Shown: positions 44,971 through 53,156, numbered from the stretch's first letter. The stretch: DNA of 64,000 nt from Anaerolineae bacterium (GCA_034435995.1 DAOTWC010000081.1:12795-76794); one strand, 5' to 3'. Notes: generated by a model from the letters alone, not told the origin. Numbers and translations are program-made.

Positions 44971-45758
44971 CGGTGCTGGCGGATGAACGTCTGCTCGGCC
45001 GTGATAGTGACGACGTTGAAGCCTGGCTCGGCGTCCAGCTCGCGCACGGTGTCGGTCTGCCCTGGCCAGGCGTGAATCTGATACCAGGGGCTGAGGACGC
45101 TGGCGTAGAGGATGCCGTCGCGCACGGTCTGCGTGTTCTGGTGGATGTGGCCGAAGAACACGCCGCGCAGCCGGTGGCGGGCCGGCAGCAGGGCGCGGTG
45201 CAGCGCCGCGCCGTTGGTCAGGCCCATGTAACCGTCTAGCCAGGGGATGCCGGTGGGCAGCACGTTGTGGTGCACCGCCACCACCAGCGGGCGCGGGTCG
45301 GCGCTGGCGCACAGGTCTGACAGGCGCGCCAGCTGCGCCGAACGCAGCGAGCCGGCGGGCGGCTCGGCCGGGCCGCAGCTGTCTAAACACACCACCTGCA
45401 CGCCGTTGACTTCGAGCACGCAGTCGAACGGGCTGGCGGGCTGTTCTACGCCCAGCAGCTCGCGCTGAAGCATGACGGCGTCGTCGTGGTTGCCGGCCAA
45501 ATAGCGCACCGGGTAGGGGATGCGGCCCAGCAGCTCGCGCGCCAGGCGGTAGGCGGCTGGGTCGGGGGCAGCGGCGACGTCGCCGGTGTGCAGCACGAAA
45601 TCGGGCGCGAAGGGCAGCGCGCTGATCTGTTCGACCAGCGCTTCGGCCCCGCGGTTGGGGTGGTACGGCGCCCAGTCGCGGGCGTATTCGGGGTCAGGGC
45701 TGATGTGCGTGTCGCTGATGTGGACAAAGCGCAGCAGCGGATCGGTCATGGTATTCAC
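44952..45758 (-). CDS. Calcineurin-like metallophosphoesterase (CpdA-type cyclic-nucleotide phosphodiesterase-like)
   Basis: Canonical motif series: ISDTH, HTGD, GNHD, VHH and GHIH. Its 3' end overlaps the TIR gene's 3' end by 19 nt in convergent orientation. Confidence 0.85.
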   Translation of the reverse strand: MNTMTDPLLRFVHISDTHISPDPEYARDWAPYHPNRGAEALVEQISALPFAPDFVLHTGDVAAAPDPAAYRLARELLGRIPYPVRYLAGNHDDAVMLQRELLGVEQPASPFDCVLEVNGVQVVCLDSCGPAEPPAGSLRSAQLARLSDLCASADPRPLVVAVHHNVLPTGIPWLDGYMGLTNGAALHRALLPARHRLRGVFFGHIHQNTQTVRDGILYASVLSPWYQIHAWPGQTDTVRELDAEPGFNVVTITAEQTFIRQHRYAPPS

Positions 45759-45772
45759 CCTATAGGCAGCGG

Positions 45773-47125
45773 TTACTGGCCGGGGCGGCTGGGATCGGGG
45801 AAGGCGTTGCCGAACGACCCCGGGATGCGCGTGGGCGGCGGCGGCGGGGGCACGTCGAAATCAACCGGCAGGGCGTCAATGAGCGCTTGGGTCTCCAGCG
45901 TGATGAGCGCCGCCCAGCCGACGGCTTCGCCGGCGCGCACCTTGACCCACGGGCTGTACGGGCTGCGCGCCAGCAGCGTGACTTCCGTGCCCAGCGGCAG
46001 CGTGAGCAGGACGGCGAACGAGACATCGGGCGCGGCGCGCAGGTTGAGGCCGGCCGGCGCGATGACGCGGGCGGTCTGGCCCAGCACACCGTAGCGCTGC
46101 GGCGGCTGCGGCGTGGCCTCGTAGACAGCCTGGATGCTGCCGGTGAACTGCTGCAGCAGCTCGGCGAACATCCAGCCGGTTTCGCCGCTGTCCAGGCGCA
46201 CGTGCAGCCAGTCGCCCGCCGGGTTGCGGCCCAGCACGCTCAGCACAGCGCCGGCCGGGACCTGCAGCAGCAGGTCAGCCGCGGTGGAGGGCGCGGCGCG
46301 CAAGTTGACCTGGCCGGCGGTGGTCACATAGCCGGGCTGCGGCAGCGCCACCGGCTGATCCAGCAGGGCCACCGGAAAGCCCTGAATCAGCGCGGCGTCC
46401 AGCGGCTGCGGGGCAGATGGCGCGCCGGTGGGCGTGTTGTACGCGCCGGGCGCGTGCGGCACTGCCACCTGCTGCCCGGTGATGAGCGGCTGCTCCTGGC
46501 CCAGCGCCACTACGCGCGATTGGCCGGCCAGCGCGATGAACTGGGTGGCAGCCTCGCTCGTCTGCACCATCACCGTGCCGCTGAGCAGCAGCGATGCCCC
46601 GTTAATCACGATGCCCGCGCTCACGCCCGGCGGAGTTTGCACCACAAACGCGCTGCGCGGCGCGCCGGGGCACACCGGCGGCTCTGGCGCAGTGACGACC
46701 AGCGTGGACTTCCAGGCGGGGAAATCGGGCGGGGTCACATCCTGGACAGCCACGCCGCCCACCAGCAGCGCCGTGACGCGCTCCGGCGCTGGCAGGCGCA
46801 GCCAGGCCACGCCGCCGGCCTGCGCCTCCAGGTTTACGGCGGGCGTCTGGAGCGCGTCCACCACGCTCAGCTCAACCAGCGCGCCCGTGGCGGCCAGCGC
46901 AGCGGCCACCGGCCCAGCCGGCTCGACGGCGGGGGCGCTGCCGCCGTTGCACACGTAGCCCACCGGCCCGGCAACGCAGGCGGCGGTGGCGGTGCTCCAG
47001 ATGGTGTTGAGCAGCGCTGCGCAGGCGGCGTCGCTGGCGGCTGGCGCGGCGGACTGGGCGGTGCTGGCCGCTGGGCAGCACAGCAGCGCGGCGGCAAACA
47101 GAACAAGAGACAGACGGGCGGGCAC
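45773..47125 (-). CDS. Secreted protein with two C-terminal SH3b-like domains
   Basis: Signal peptide is MPARLSLVLFAAALLCCPAASTAQS. SH3b-type repeats are GQVNLRAAPSTAADLLLQVPAGAVLSVLGRNPAGDWLHVRL and GLNLRAAPDVSFAVLLTLPLGTEVTLLARSPYSPWVKVR. Confidence 0.75.
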   Translation of the reverse strand: MPARLSLVLFAAALLCCPAASTAQSAAPAASDAACAALLNTIWSTATAACVAGPVGYVCNGGSAPAVEPAGPVAAALAATGALVELSVVDALQTPAVNLEAQAGGVAWLRLPAPERVTALLVGGVAVQDVTPPDFPAWKSTLVVTAPEPPVCPGAPRSAFVVQTPPGVSAGIVINGASLLLSGTVMVQTSEAATQFIALAGQSRVVALGQEQPLITGQQVAVPHAPGAYNTPTGAPSAPQPLDAALIQGFPVALLDQPVALPQPGYVTTAGQVNLRAAPSTAADLLLQVPAGAVLSVLGRNPAGDWLHVRLDSGETGWMFAELLQQFTGSIQAVYEATPQPPQRYGVLGQTARVIAPAGLNLRAAPDVSFAVLLTLPLGTEVTLLARSPYSPWVKVRAGEAVGWAALITLETQALIDALPVDFDVPPPPPPTRIPGSFGNAFPDPSRPGQ

Positions 47126-47166
47126 GCGCTTTTCCTGAGGCTAAAAATGCGAACGAATGCGCCGAT

Positions 47167-47214
47167 TGTACCAGAGGGCAGCGCGGTTGGTAAACAGGGC
47201 TGCCCTCTGGTACA
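47167..47214. promoter_or_regulatory. Perfect 16-bp inverted repeat with 16-nt spacer in a divergent intergenic region
   Basis: TGTACCAGAGGGCAGC (47167-47182) and GCTGCCCTCTGGTACA (47199-47214). The repeat lies between the start of the minus-strand gene (47125) and the plus-strand ORF start (47270/47294). Confidence 0.5.
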
Positions 47215-47293
47215 CTCCGGCTGGAGCAGGACCCTGGCGTTAAGCGTTTTCAAGAAAGGCGGCCGTAACGTGGCGATTGCTGGCGATCCGCCG

Positions 47294-47734
47294 ATGCGTC
47301 TGCTGCTGGCGTTCCAGCAGCTTTACCCGGCGCAGGCCGCGCCAGAGTGGGTGATCCAAGCGCCGGGGCGCGAGATGTGGGCGGCGGCGGCGCGCCATCC
47401 GGGCCACGAGTTCACCATCGGCGCGCCGGACCTGGACGCGCGCGTGACGTTCAGCTACCGCAGCGCCCGCGGCGGCCTGAGCGTGCTCAACCGGCCGCTG
47501 CCGCGCTGGGCGCGCTACGCCGCAGGGGCGCTGCTGGCCCTGCGCGACAGCGGCGTAGAGTGCGGCGGCCTGCTGGCGGCGGTGATGGGCAGCGAGCCGC
47601 CGGGGCCGCGCTACGAGCACGCGGTGGGCATCGCGGTGGCGGCGCTGGCGTGCAGCTGCCAGGGCCGGGCCTACACCGCCGGCGAGCTGATCGAGCTGGT
47701 GGAGCGCGTGCGCCGCGAGTATGTCGAGGCGTAG
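47294..47734 (+). CDS. Short galactokinase-N-terminal-like protein with degenerate catalytic motifs (possible gene relic)
   Basis: This is the in-frame tail of a mostly antisense 615-aa ORF, and only the part beyond the upstream gene is plausible. Start is ATG 47294 or GTG 47270. VIQAPGRE matches the galactokinase IQAPGR signature. The GEHTDY and GLSSSA positions read AARHPG and PRYEHA, and the protein ends after ~147 aa. Confidence 0.4.
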   Translation: MRLLLAFQQLYPAQAAPEWVIQAPGREMWAAAARHPGHEFTIGAPDLDARVTFSYRSARGGLSVLNRPLPRWARYAAGALLALRDSGVECGGLLAAVMGSEPPGPRYEHAVGIAVAALACSCQGRAYTAGELIELVERVRREYVEA

Positions 47735-47785
47735 CGCTGTTGTGAGGGCTGCAACTTTGCACATCTGCACACAGGAGTGTGACGC

Positions 47786-49198
47786 ATGCTTGACCTGGCG
47801 TTGATCCGCGAGAAGCCCGCCTGGGTGAAGGAGCGCTTGGCGCTGCTCAACGACCCGCCCGCGCTGGCCCGCGTGGACGCGATCTTGGAGCTGGACGCGC
47901 GCCGGCGCGCCCTGCTCAGCGAGGCCGAGGCGCTGCAGGCCCAGCGCAACCGCCTCAACAAGAGCGTGGGCCGGCTGCGCGGCGACAAGGCCTTAGACGA
48001 CGCCCGCCGCGCCGCCCTGGCGCAGCGCGCCGCCAACCTGATCGCCGGTGGCGACTACGAGGCCGCCGCGCAGACGCTCGAAGCCCAGCCAGACGCCCCG
48101 CCCGCCACTGACGCCGAACGCGCCGCGGCCGCCCTCACCGACGCGCTGCGCGCGCTGGGCGAGCGCGTGGAGGCGCTCAACGCGCAGATCGCCGAGGTGG
48201 ACGCGCAGTTGGAGGAGAACATGCTGTGGGTCCCCAACCTGCCGCACGAGAGCGTGCCGGTGGCCATGAGCGAGGCAGGCAACATGCCCTGGGAGCCAGA
48301 GGGCGCTTTCCGCGCGTTCGACTTTGAGCCGCTGCCCCACTGGGACCTCGGCCCGGCGCTGGGCATCATTGACTTCGAGCGCGGCGTCAAGCTGGCCGGC
48401 ACGCGCAGCTACGTGCTGGTGGGGGCCGGGGCGCTGCTGCAGCGGGCGCTCATTCAGTTCTTCCTGGAGATGGCGCGGCAGAAGGGCTTCGTTGAGGTCT
48501 ACCTGCCGCTGATGGTGCACGAGGCCATGATGACCGGCGCCGGCCAGTTCCCCAAGTTCCGCGACAACGTCTACTGCGACCCCGACGCGGGCGTGTACAT
48601 GCTGCCCACTGCCGAGGTGGCCATCACCAACCTGCACCGTGACGAGATTCTGGACGAGGCGCAGCTCCCGCTCTATTACGTGGGCCACACGCCGTGCTTC
48701 CGGCGCGAGCGCATGAGCGCCGGGCGCGACGTGCGCGGTATCAAGCGCGTGCACCAGTTCGAGAAGGTAGAGATGTACAAGTTCACCACGCCGGACACCA
48801 GCTACGCCGAGCTGGAGACGATGGTAGAGGCCGCCTGCGATATCTGCCGCGCCCTGCAGATTCCCTTCCGCCGCCTAGAGATCGCCACCGGCGACTTGGG
48901 CTTCAGCGCCACCAAGAAGTACGACATCGAGATGTGGTCGCCTGGCTGCCAAGAGTGGCTGGAGGTGAGTTCGTGCAGCAACACCGAAGCCTTCCAGGCG
49001 CGCCGCGCCAACATCAAATACCGGCCCGCGGGCGGCGGCCGGGCGCAGTTCGTCCACACGCTCAACGGCAGCGGCCTGGCGACGCCGCGCGTGCTGATCG
49101 CCATTCTCGAAAACTACCAGCAGGCCGACGGCAGCGTGGTTGTGCCGGATGTGCTGCGGCCCTACATGGGCGGCCTAGATGCCATCCGGAGGGCGTAG
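47786..49198 (+). CDS. serS: Seryl-tRNA synthetase
   Basis: N-terminus is MLDL.LIRE. Class II motifs are LPTAEVAITNLH, YVGHTPCFRRE, RVHQFEKVE and SSCSN...FQARR...VHTLNGSGLA. 470 aa, with an Ala-rich insertion in the coiled-coil arm. Confidence 0.9.
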   Translation: MLDLALIREKPAWVKERLALLNDPPALARVDAILELDARRRALLSEAEALQAQRNRLNKSVGRLRGDKALDDARRAALAQRAANLIAGGDYEAAAQTLEAQPDAPPATDAERAAAALTDALRALGERVEALNAQIAEVDAQLEENMLWVPNLPHESVPVAMSEAGNMPWEPEGAFRAFDFEPLPHWDLGPALGIIDFERGVKLAGTRSYVLVGAGALLQRALIQFFLEMARQKGFVEVYLPLMVHEAMMTGAGQFPKFRDNVYCDPDAGVYMLPTAEVAITNLHRDEILDEAQLPLYYVGHTPCFRRERMSAGRDVRGIKRVHQFEKVEMYKFTTPDTSYAELETMVEAACDICRALQIPFRRLEIATGDLGFSATKKYDIEMWSPGCQEWLEVSSCSNTEAFQARRANIKYRPAGGGRAQFVHTLNGSGLATPRVLIAILENYQQADGSVVVPDVLRPYMGGLDAIRRA

Positions 49199-49201
49199 GC
49201 G

Positions 49202-49498
49202 GTGGAAAAGCTGTTCGTCTACGGTACGCTGGCCGCGCCTGCCGTCCAGCGCGCGGTGATCGGCCGCGTGATCGCCGGCGCGCCCGACACGCTGAACGGC
49301 TACTACAAGGACGAGATCAGGCTGGGCCTGCGCACCTACCCCATCGCCCGGCCGCGCGCCGGCGCCAGCATCGCTGGGCTGGTGCTGGAAGTGACACCGG
49401 AGGAGCTGGCGCTGTGCGACCGCTACGAAACCGACGCTTACCGCCGCGTGCGCGTGACGCTGGTCAGCGGTGTCGAAGCTTGGGTGTACAGCGGCTGA
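49202..49498 (+). CDS. Gamma-glutamylcyclotransferase-like (AIG2/GGACT-fold) protein
   Basis: GTG start 3 nt after the serS stop. The N-terminal LFVYGTL signature and ~98-aa size fit the family. Confidence 0.65.
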   Translation: MEKLFVYGTLAAPAVQRAVIGRVIAGAPDTLNGYYKDEIRLGLRTYPIARPRAGASIAGLVLEVTPEELALCDRYETDAYRRVRVTLVSGVEAWVYSG

Positions 49499-49513
49499 CA
49501 TGCAAACTGTAAT

Positions 49514-49542
49514 TTGTGCTGCAAGGCGATATGCGCTATAGT
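49514..49542 (+). promoter_or_regulatory. Sigma-70-like promoter
   Basis: TTGTGC (49514-49519), a 17-nt spacer, then TATAGT (49537-49542). Confidence 0.4.
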
Positions 49543-49548
49543 CGCTGT

Positions 49549-49944
49549 ATCGTCCGGTGAGCGAAAGGAGGTGGTCCAGTGAACGACGGTATGGTGGAGG
49601 TGCGCCTCTAACCCTGTTCACCACCCTTTCGAGGGGGGCCTCGGCGCGAGGCGCACCCCACCCGCTGCTAAGCAAGCTACTCAAGACGGCCCGGAGCAAT
49701 CCGGGCTGTCGCGCTTTATGAGCCAAAAGGCCCCTGGCAGCAGCGCCAGCGTCACCCAAGGCTAGGGCGACATGGTGATCGGCTCGCCGGCCTGCCTCCC
49801 GCCGGAGCAGGCGCGCGGCGGGCTGGTCGCGCCGCTGGCCAACATCTGCGGGCTGGGCGCGAAGTATCGCTTGCCGCCGGCCTGATTAGCGAGTACCATG
49901 ACGCCTGTGATGAGCGATGCCGCACTTGAGGAGCGCGCTGCCCG
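49549..49944 (+). other. Long GC-rich structured leader / unclassified ncRNA candidate upstream of the nucleotidyltransferase gene
   Basis: This 446-bp non-coding gap is unusually long for the window and is not AT-rich. It has a 10-bp stem, GGTGCGCCTC (49599-49608) pairing with GAGGCGCACC (49648-49657). It has a 7-bp hairpin with a GNRA loop, GCCCGGA-GCAA-TCCGGGC (49689-49706). It also has CCCGCCG (49798-49804) pairing with CGGCGGG (49816-49822). A strong AAAGGAGG (49564-49571) lies 7 nt before a 10-codon mini-ORF (49579-49611). Confidence 0.35.
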
Positions 49945-51018
49945 ATGAAAGCCGTTATTCTCGCCGCTGGCCAAGGAACCCGCCTGCGCCCTGTCACGCT
50001 GACCATGCCCAAACCGCTCGTGCCGGTGGCCAACAAGTCGCTGATCGCCTACGCCATTGACGTGCTCAAGGAATCCGGTTTCAACCACATCGGCGTTGTC
50101 GTCAACGATCTCAGCTCCGCAATCCCGCACCAGCTTGGCGACGGCGCGAAGTTGGGCGTGCGGCTGGAGTACGTGGTGCAGGCCGAACAGCGCGGGCTGG
50201 CCCACGCCCTCAGCCTGTGCCGCGATTTTGTGGGCGACGAGCCGTTCTGCATGTTTCTGGGCGACAACATCTTCCAAGACAAGATGAAGAGCGTGCTCAC
50301 CGGCTTTGAGCACAGCGGTGACGAGGCGGCTGTTGTGCTGGGCGAGGTCTCGGACCCGTCGCGCTACGGCATCGCTGATGTGCAGGGCGACCGCATCGTG
50401 CGCGTGGTGGAGAAGCCGAAAGACTCCCCGTCTAACCTGGCGATCGCCGGCGTGTACCTGTTCCGCAAGTCCATCTTCGACGCCATCAGCCACATCAAAC
50501 CGTCGTGGCGCAACGAGCTGGAGATCACCGACGCCATCCAGTACCTGATCACACAGGGCCACACGGTGCGCCCGTACATTCTCACCGGCTGGTGGATTGA
50601 CGCCGGCAAGCCAGACGCTATCATCCAGGCCAACCAGCTTGTGCTGGGCGAGCTGCCCTACACCCCCGCCCCGGAGAACCCGGAGCAGATTCTGGGCAGC
50701 TCGGAGGTGTCGCATCGCGTGCTGCTGGGCGAGGGCAGCCGCATCATTGACAGCGTCGTGCGCGGCCCGGTGATCATCGGCAGGAACGTGACGATCAAGC
50801 ACAGCTATATCGGCCCGTACACTTCGCTGGGCGACAACGTGATCGTGGAGAACAGCGAGATTGAGGCCAGCATCGTGATGAAAGACTGTGTCATCCGCAA
50901 CATGCCGGGCCGCATTGACTCCAGCCTGCTGGCGGACAACACGCAGGTGGTGGCGGCGCAGCACGTGCCGGCCGCCCACCGTTTCATCCTGGCGGAGAAC
51001 AGCTACGTCAACCTGTAA
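49945..51018 (+). CDS. Sugar-1-phosphate nucleotidyltransferase (glucose-1-phosphate thymidylyltransferase-like, long form with C-terminal left-handed beta-helix)
   Basis: N-terminus is MKAVILAAGQGTRLRPVT...PKPLVPV. The central motif is GLAHAL, and the C-terminus carries hexapeptide-repeat-like segments. Confidence 0.85.
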   Translation: MKAVILAAGQGTRLRPVTLTMPKPLVPVANKSLIAYAIDVLKESGFNHIGVVVNDLSSAIPHQLGDGAKLGVRLEYVVQAEQRGLAHALSLCRDFVGDEPFCMFLGDNIFQDKMKSVLTGFEHSGDEAAVVLGEVSDPSRYGIADVQGDRIVRVVEKPKDSPSNLAIAGVYLFRKSIFDAISHIKPSWRNELEITDAIQYLITQGHTVRPYILTGWWIDAGKPDAIIQANQLVLGELPYTPAPENPEQILGSSEVSHRVLLGEGSRIIDSVVRGPVIIGRNVTIKHSYIGPYTSLGDNVIVENSEIEASIVMKDCVIRNMPGRIDSSLLADNTQVVAAQHVPAAHRFILAENSYVNL

Positions 51019-51079
51019 AGCCCGCCGCGCCAAACGAACGACCGAAGACTGCAGATTAAGCGAAAAGAGACTGACAAAA

Positions 51080-51562
51080 ATGCCTTCAGAACGCATCGAA
51101 CAGATCAAACAGCAGTTAGCCGAAGCGCGCCACCGCCTGGATCGTGTGCTGGACGCTGCCGAAGCGCATCAGGATGCCGTCGTGTTCAGCGACGGCCAGG
51201 GCTGGACGGTGCGCCATCTGGCCGTGCACCTGGCCGACGCCGACCGCGGCAACACCCGCCAGGTAATGGGGATCGCCGCCGGCCAGGAGGTCATCCCGCC
51301 GGATTTTGACCTGGATCGCTACAACCGCCGCGCCGTTGAGAAACGCGCCGACATGACCTACGCCGAGGCGCGCGCGGCGCTGGCTGCCAGCCGCACCGAA
51401 CTGCTGGCCTGGTTGGACACGATAGACGACGCCGCGCTGGACGCGCAGGGCCGCCACGCTTCGCTCGCCATCATGTCGGTAGAGAAAATCCTGGGCGTGA
51501 TGGCTTGGCACGAGCGCGCCCACGCCGACGACATCGCCCGCGCCGCCGGCCTAGAGGCCTGA
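51080..51562 (+). CDS. DinB-family (DinB_2 / four-helix-bundle metal-binding) protein
   Basis: ATG at 51080; the earlier part of the ORF overlaps the upstream gene in another frame. The His triad context (WTVRHLAVHLADAD ... MAWHERAHADDI) is typical of the DinB superfamily. Confidence 0.7.
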   Translation: MPSERIEQIKQQLAEARHRLDRVLDAAEAHQDAVVFSDGQGWTVRHLAVHLADADRGNTRQVMGIAAGQEVIPPDFDLDRYNRRAVEKRADMTYAEARAALAASRTELLAWLDTIDDAALDAQGRHASLAIMSVEKILGVMAWHERAHADDIARAAGLEA

Positions 51563-51666
51563 GCGGGAACCTCGCAGCACACGCAGTACAACTGAACGGA
51601 AAACGGCCCCGTCTGGAGGGCAGATAGCCGAAAGCTGGCAGCTTTCACAAGGAGTCTCAGGCAAAG

Positions 51667-52200
51667 ATGAACGTACTGGTTGCATATGCCAGCGCGCACG
51701 GCTCAACGGCTGAAGTGGCCGAGTACATCGGCGCGCGCCTGCGCGAACGGCGCTTTGACGTCACGGTGATGAACGCCGAGCGTGTGCAGACGCTGGACGG
51801 CTTTGACGCATTTGTGCTCGGCTCGGCTGTTCACGGCGGGCTGTGGCTGACGCCCATGGTGCGCTTGATAGACCACTTCAGCGCCGATTTCGGCGCGCGG
51901 CCGGTGTTCGTGTTCTTCACGTGCATTCGCGTGCTGGAGCCGGACGGACCGGAGCACGTCTTGGCCCAATACGTCAACTACAGCGCGCTGGAGCCGCTCA
52001 ACGTGCGCGATATCCAGCCGTTCGCCGGCAAGCTGGAGATGAGCAGCATTGACTGGAACGAGCGCTGGACGCTGGCCGCGCGCTACGACGGCAGCGCCGC
52101 GCCTGGCAGCTTCAACCGCGATTTCCGCGACTGGAACGCCATCCGCGCCTGGGCCGACAAAGTGGCCGATTCGCTGTTGATAGGCGCGCAGAAGCGGTGA
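51667..52200 (+). CDS. Flavodoxin-domain protein (HemG-like)
   Basis: MNVLVAYASAHGSTAEVAEYI...FDAFVLGSAVHGG matches the flavodoxin_5 / HemG-type pattern. Confidence 0.7.
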   Translation: MNVLVAYASAHGSTAEVAEYIGARLRERRFDVTVMNAERVQTLDGFDAFVLGSAVHGGLWLTPMVRLIDHFSADFGARPVFVFFTCIRVLEPDGPEHVLAQYVNYSALEPLNVRDIQPFAGKLEMSSIDWNERWTLAARYDGSAAPGSFNRDFRDWNAIRAWADKVADSLLIGAQKR

Positions 52201-52207
52201 GGCGCTG

Positions 52208-53155
52208 CTATTCTGTCGGCACGACGACGCGCACGCGCCCGCGCGGGATAATCACAGCGAAGCGCATCACGATGTCGGCGGTGGTGATGTTGGCCGCCTG
52301 CAGCACATCCCCTACCAGGTAGTTGTAGAGCGCGGGGTCGAACTCTGGCTCGATACCGCTGCCGCCGCGGTCGAGTTCCAGGCGGGCGGCCACCGCCCGC
52401 GGGATGAACAGCGTCAGGTCGCCGCTGCGCACCGCCAGCGTGCCCAGCAGGTCCTGCGGGCCGGAAGCAATCGGCTTGTGCTCTGGCAGCGTGACCAGCG
52501 CGCTGCCCTGGCGCAGGTCCAGGTTGAGGCGCTCCACCGCCACGCCGGTGAGGTCCAAGCGCGTGTCGCCGTCGGCCCCGCGCACCTCGATGTCGAGCGG
52601 CAGGTCGGGCGGCAGGGCCAGCCGCAGCGCGCCGCGCCCCACGTTTTCCAGCAGCGGGACCTGCGCCGGGCGCGTCTCGCGCACGATCAGGTTGGCCGCC
52701 GGCCCTTCCTCGACGTATTCGACTTCGACAGCGCTCTCCAGGCTGCCGGTGAACTGGCCCGCTACGCGCCGGTCGGCGCTGGCTGCCGGTTCCAGGGCAA
52801 TGCTGGTGGCCAGCGTCTCGATGCGCAGGCGCAGCAGCGTGACCTGGGGGGCGATCGGCTGGTCAATCGCTGCGCGGTAGTCGCTGCGTTCCTGGCCGGC
52901 GCGGGTGGAGAACGCCAGCGCGGCCACGCCGCCCACCAGCGCCACCGTGACAATCAGCGCGAGGGCAGAGCCGAACGGCAGGCGCGGGCGCAGGAAGATG
53001 CCCAGGCCGGCCGCGATCAGCAGGGCGGGCCAGGAACGCGTAAGCAGGTCGTGGACGCCGGGCGGCAGCAGGTCGAGCGCGTGCAGCAGCAGCGCCGCGG
53101 CCAACGCCAGCGCGATCACGCCCCACAGCAGGTTAGTGCGCCGCCGTGCCCGCAT
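52208..53155 (-). CDS. Membrane protein with C-terminal LiaF/DUF4097-like beta-rich (toast-rack) domain
   Basis: Three N-terminal TM helices are followed by a repetitive beta-strand region (LRLALPPDLPLDIEVRGADGDTRLDLTGVAVERLNLDLRQGSALVTLP). It lies directly downstream of a PspC-domain gene, with a 1-nt gap. Confidence 0.6.
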   Translation of the reverse strand: MRARRRTNLLWGVIALALAAALLLHALDLLPPGVHDLLTRSWPALLIAAGLGIFLRPRLPFGSALALIVTVALVGGVAALAFSTRAGQERSDYRAAIDQPIAPQVTLLRLRIETLATSIALEPAASADRRVAGQFTGSLESAVEVEYVEEGPAANLIVRETRPAQVPLLENVGRGALRLALPPDLPLDIEVRGADGDTRLDLTGVAVERLNLDLRQGSALVTLPEHKPIASGPQDLLGTLAVRSGDLTLFIPRAVAARLELDRGGSGIEPEFDPALYNYLVGDVLQAANITTADIVMRFAVIIPRGRVRVVVPTE

Positions 53156-53156
53156 G

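Noticed and set aside
45887-47269. The first ~460 codons of the 615-aa plus-strand ORF 45887-47734.
   Set aside because: This part is antisense to the well-supported secreted SH3-domain gene (45773-47125) and is Arg/Gly-rich. Only the portion downstream of 47270 was kept as a possible gene.
49549-49944. Attempted assignment of the long leader to tmRNA, RNase P RNA, SRP RNA, 6S RNA, the cobalamin riboswitch or the ydaO (c-di-AMP) riboswitch.
   Set aside because: There is no T-loop (GGTTCGA/GGTTCAA) or Ala-Ala-stop tag frame for tmRNA. There is no GGAAAGTCCGG for RNase P and no GGAAGCAGCC for SRP. Resemblance to the B12 box (GGCCTGCC) and to the CCCGC..CTAAGC segments of the riboswitch consensus is only weak and partial. 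It is left unclassified.
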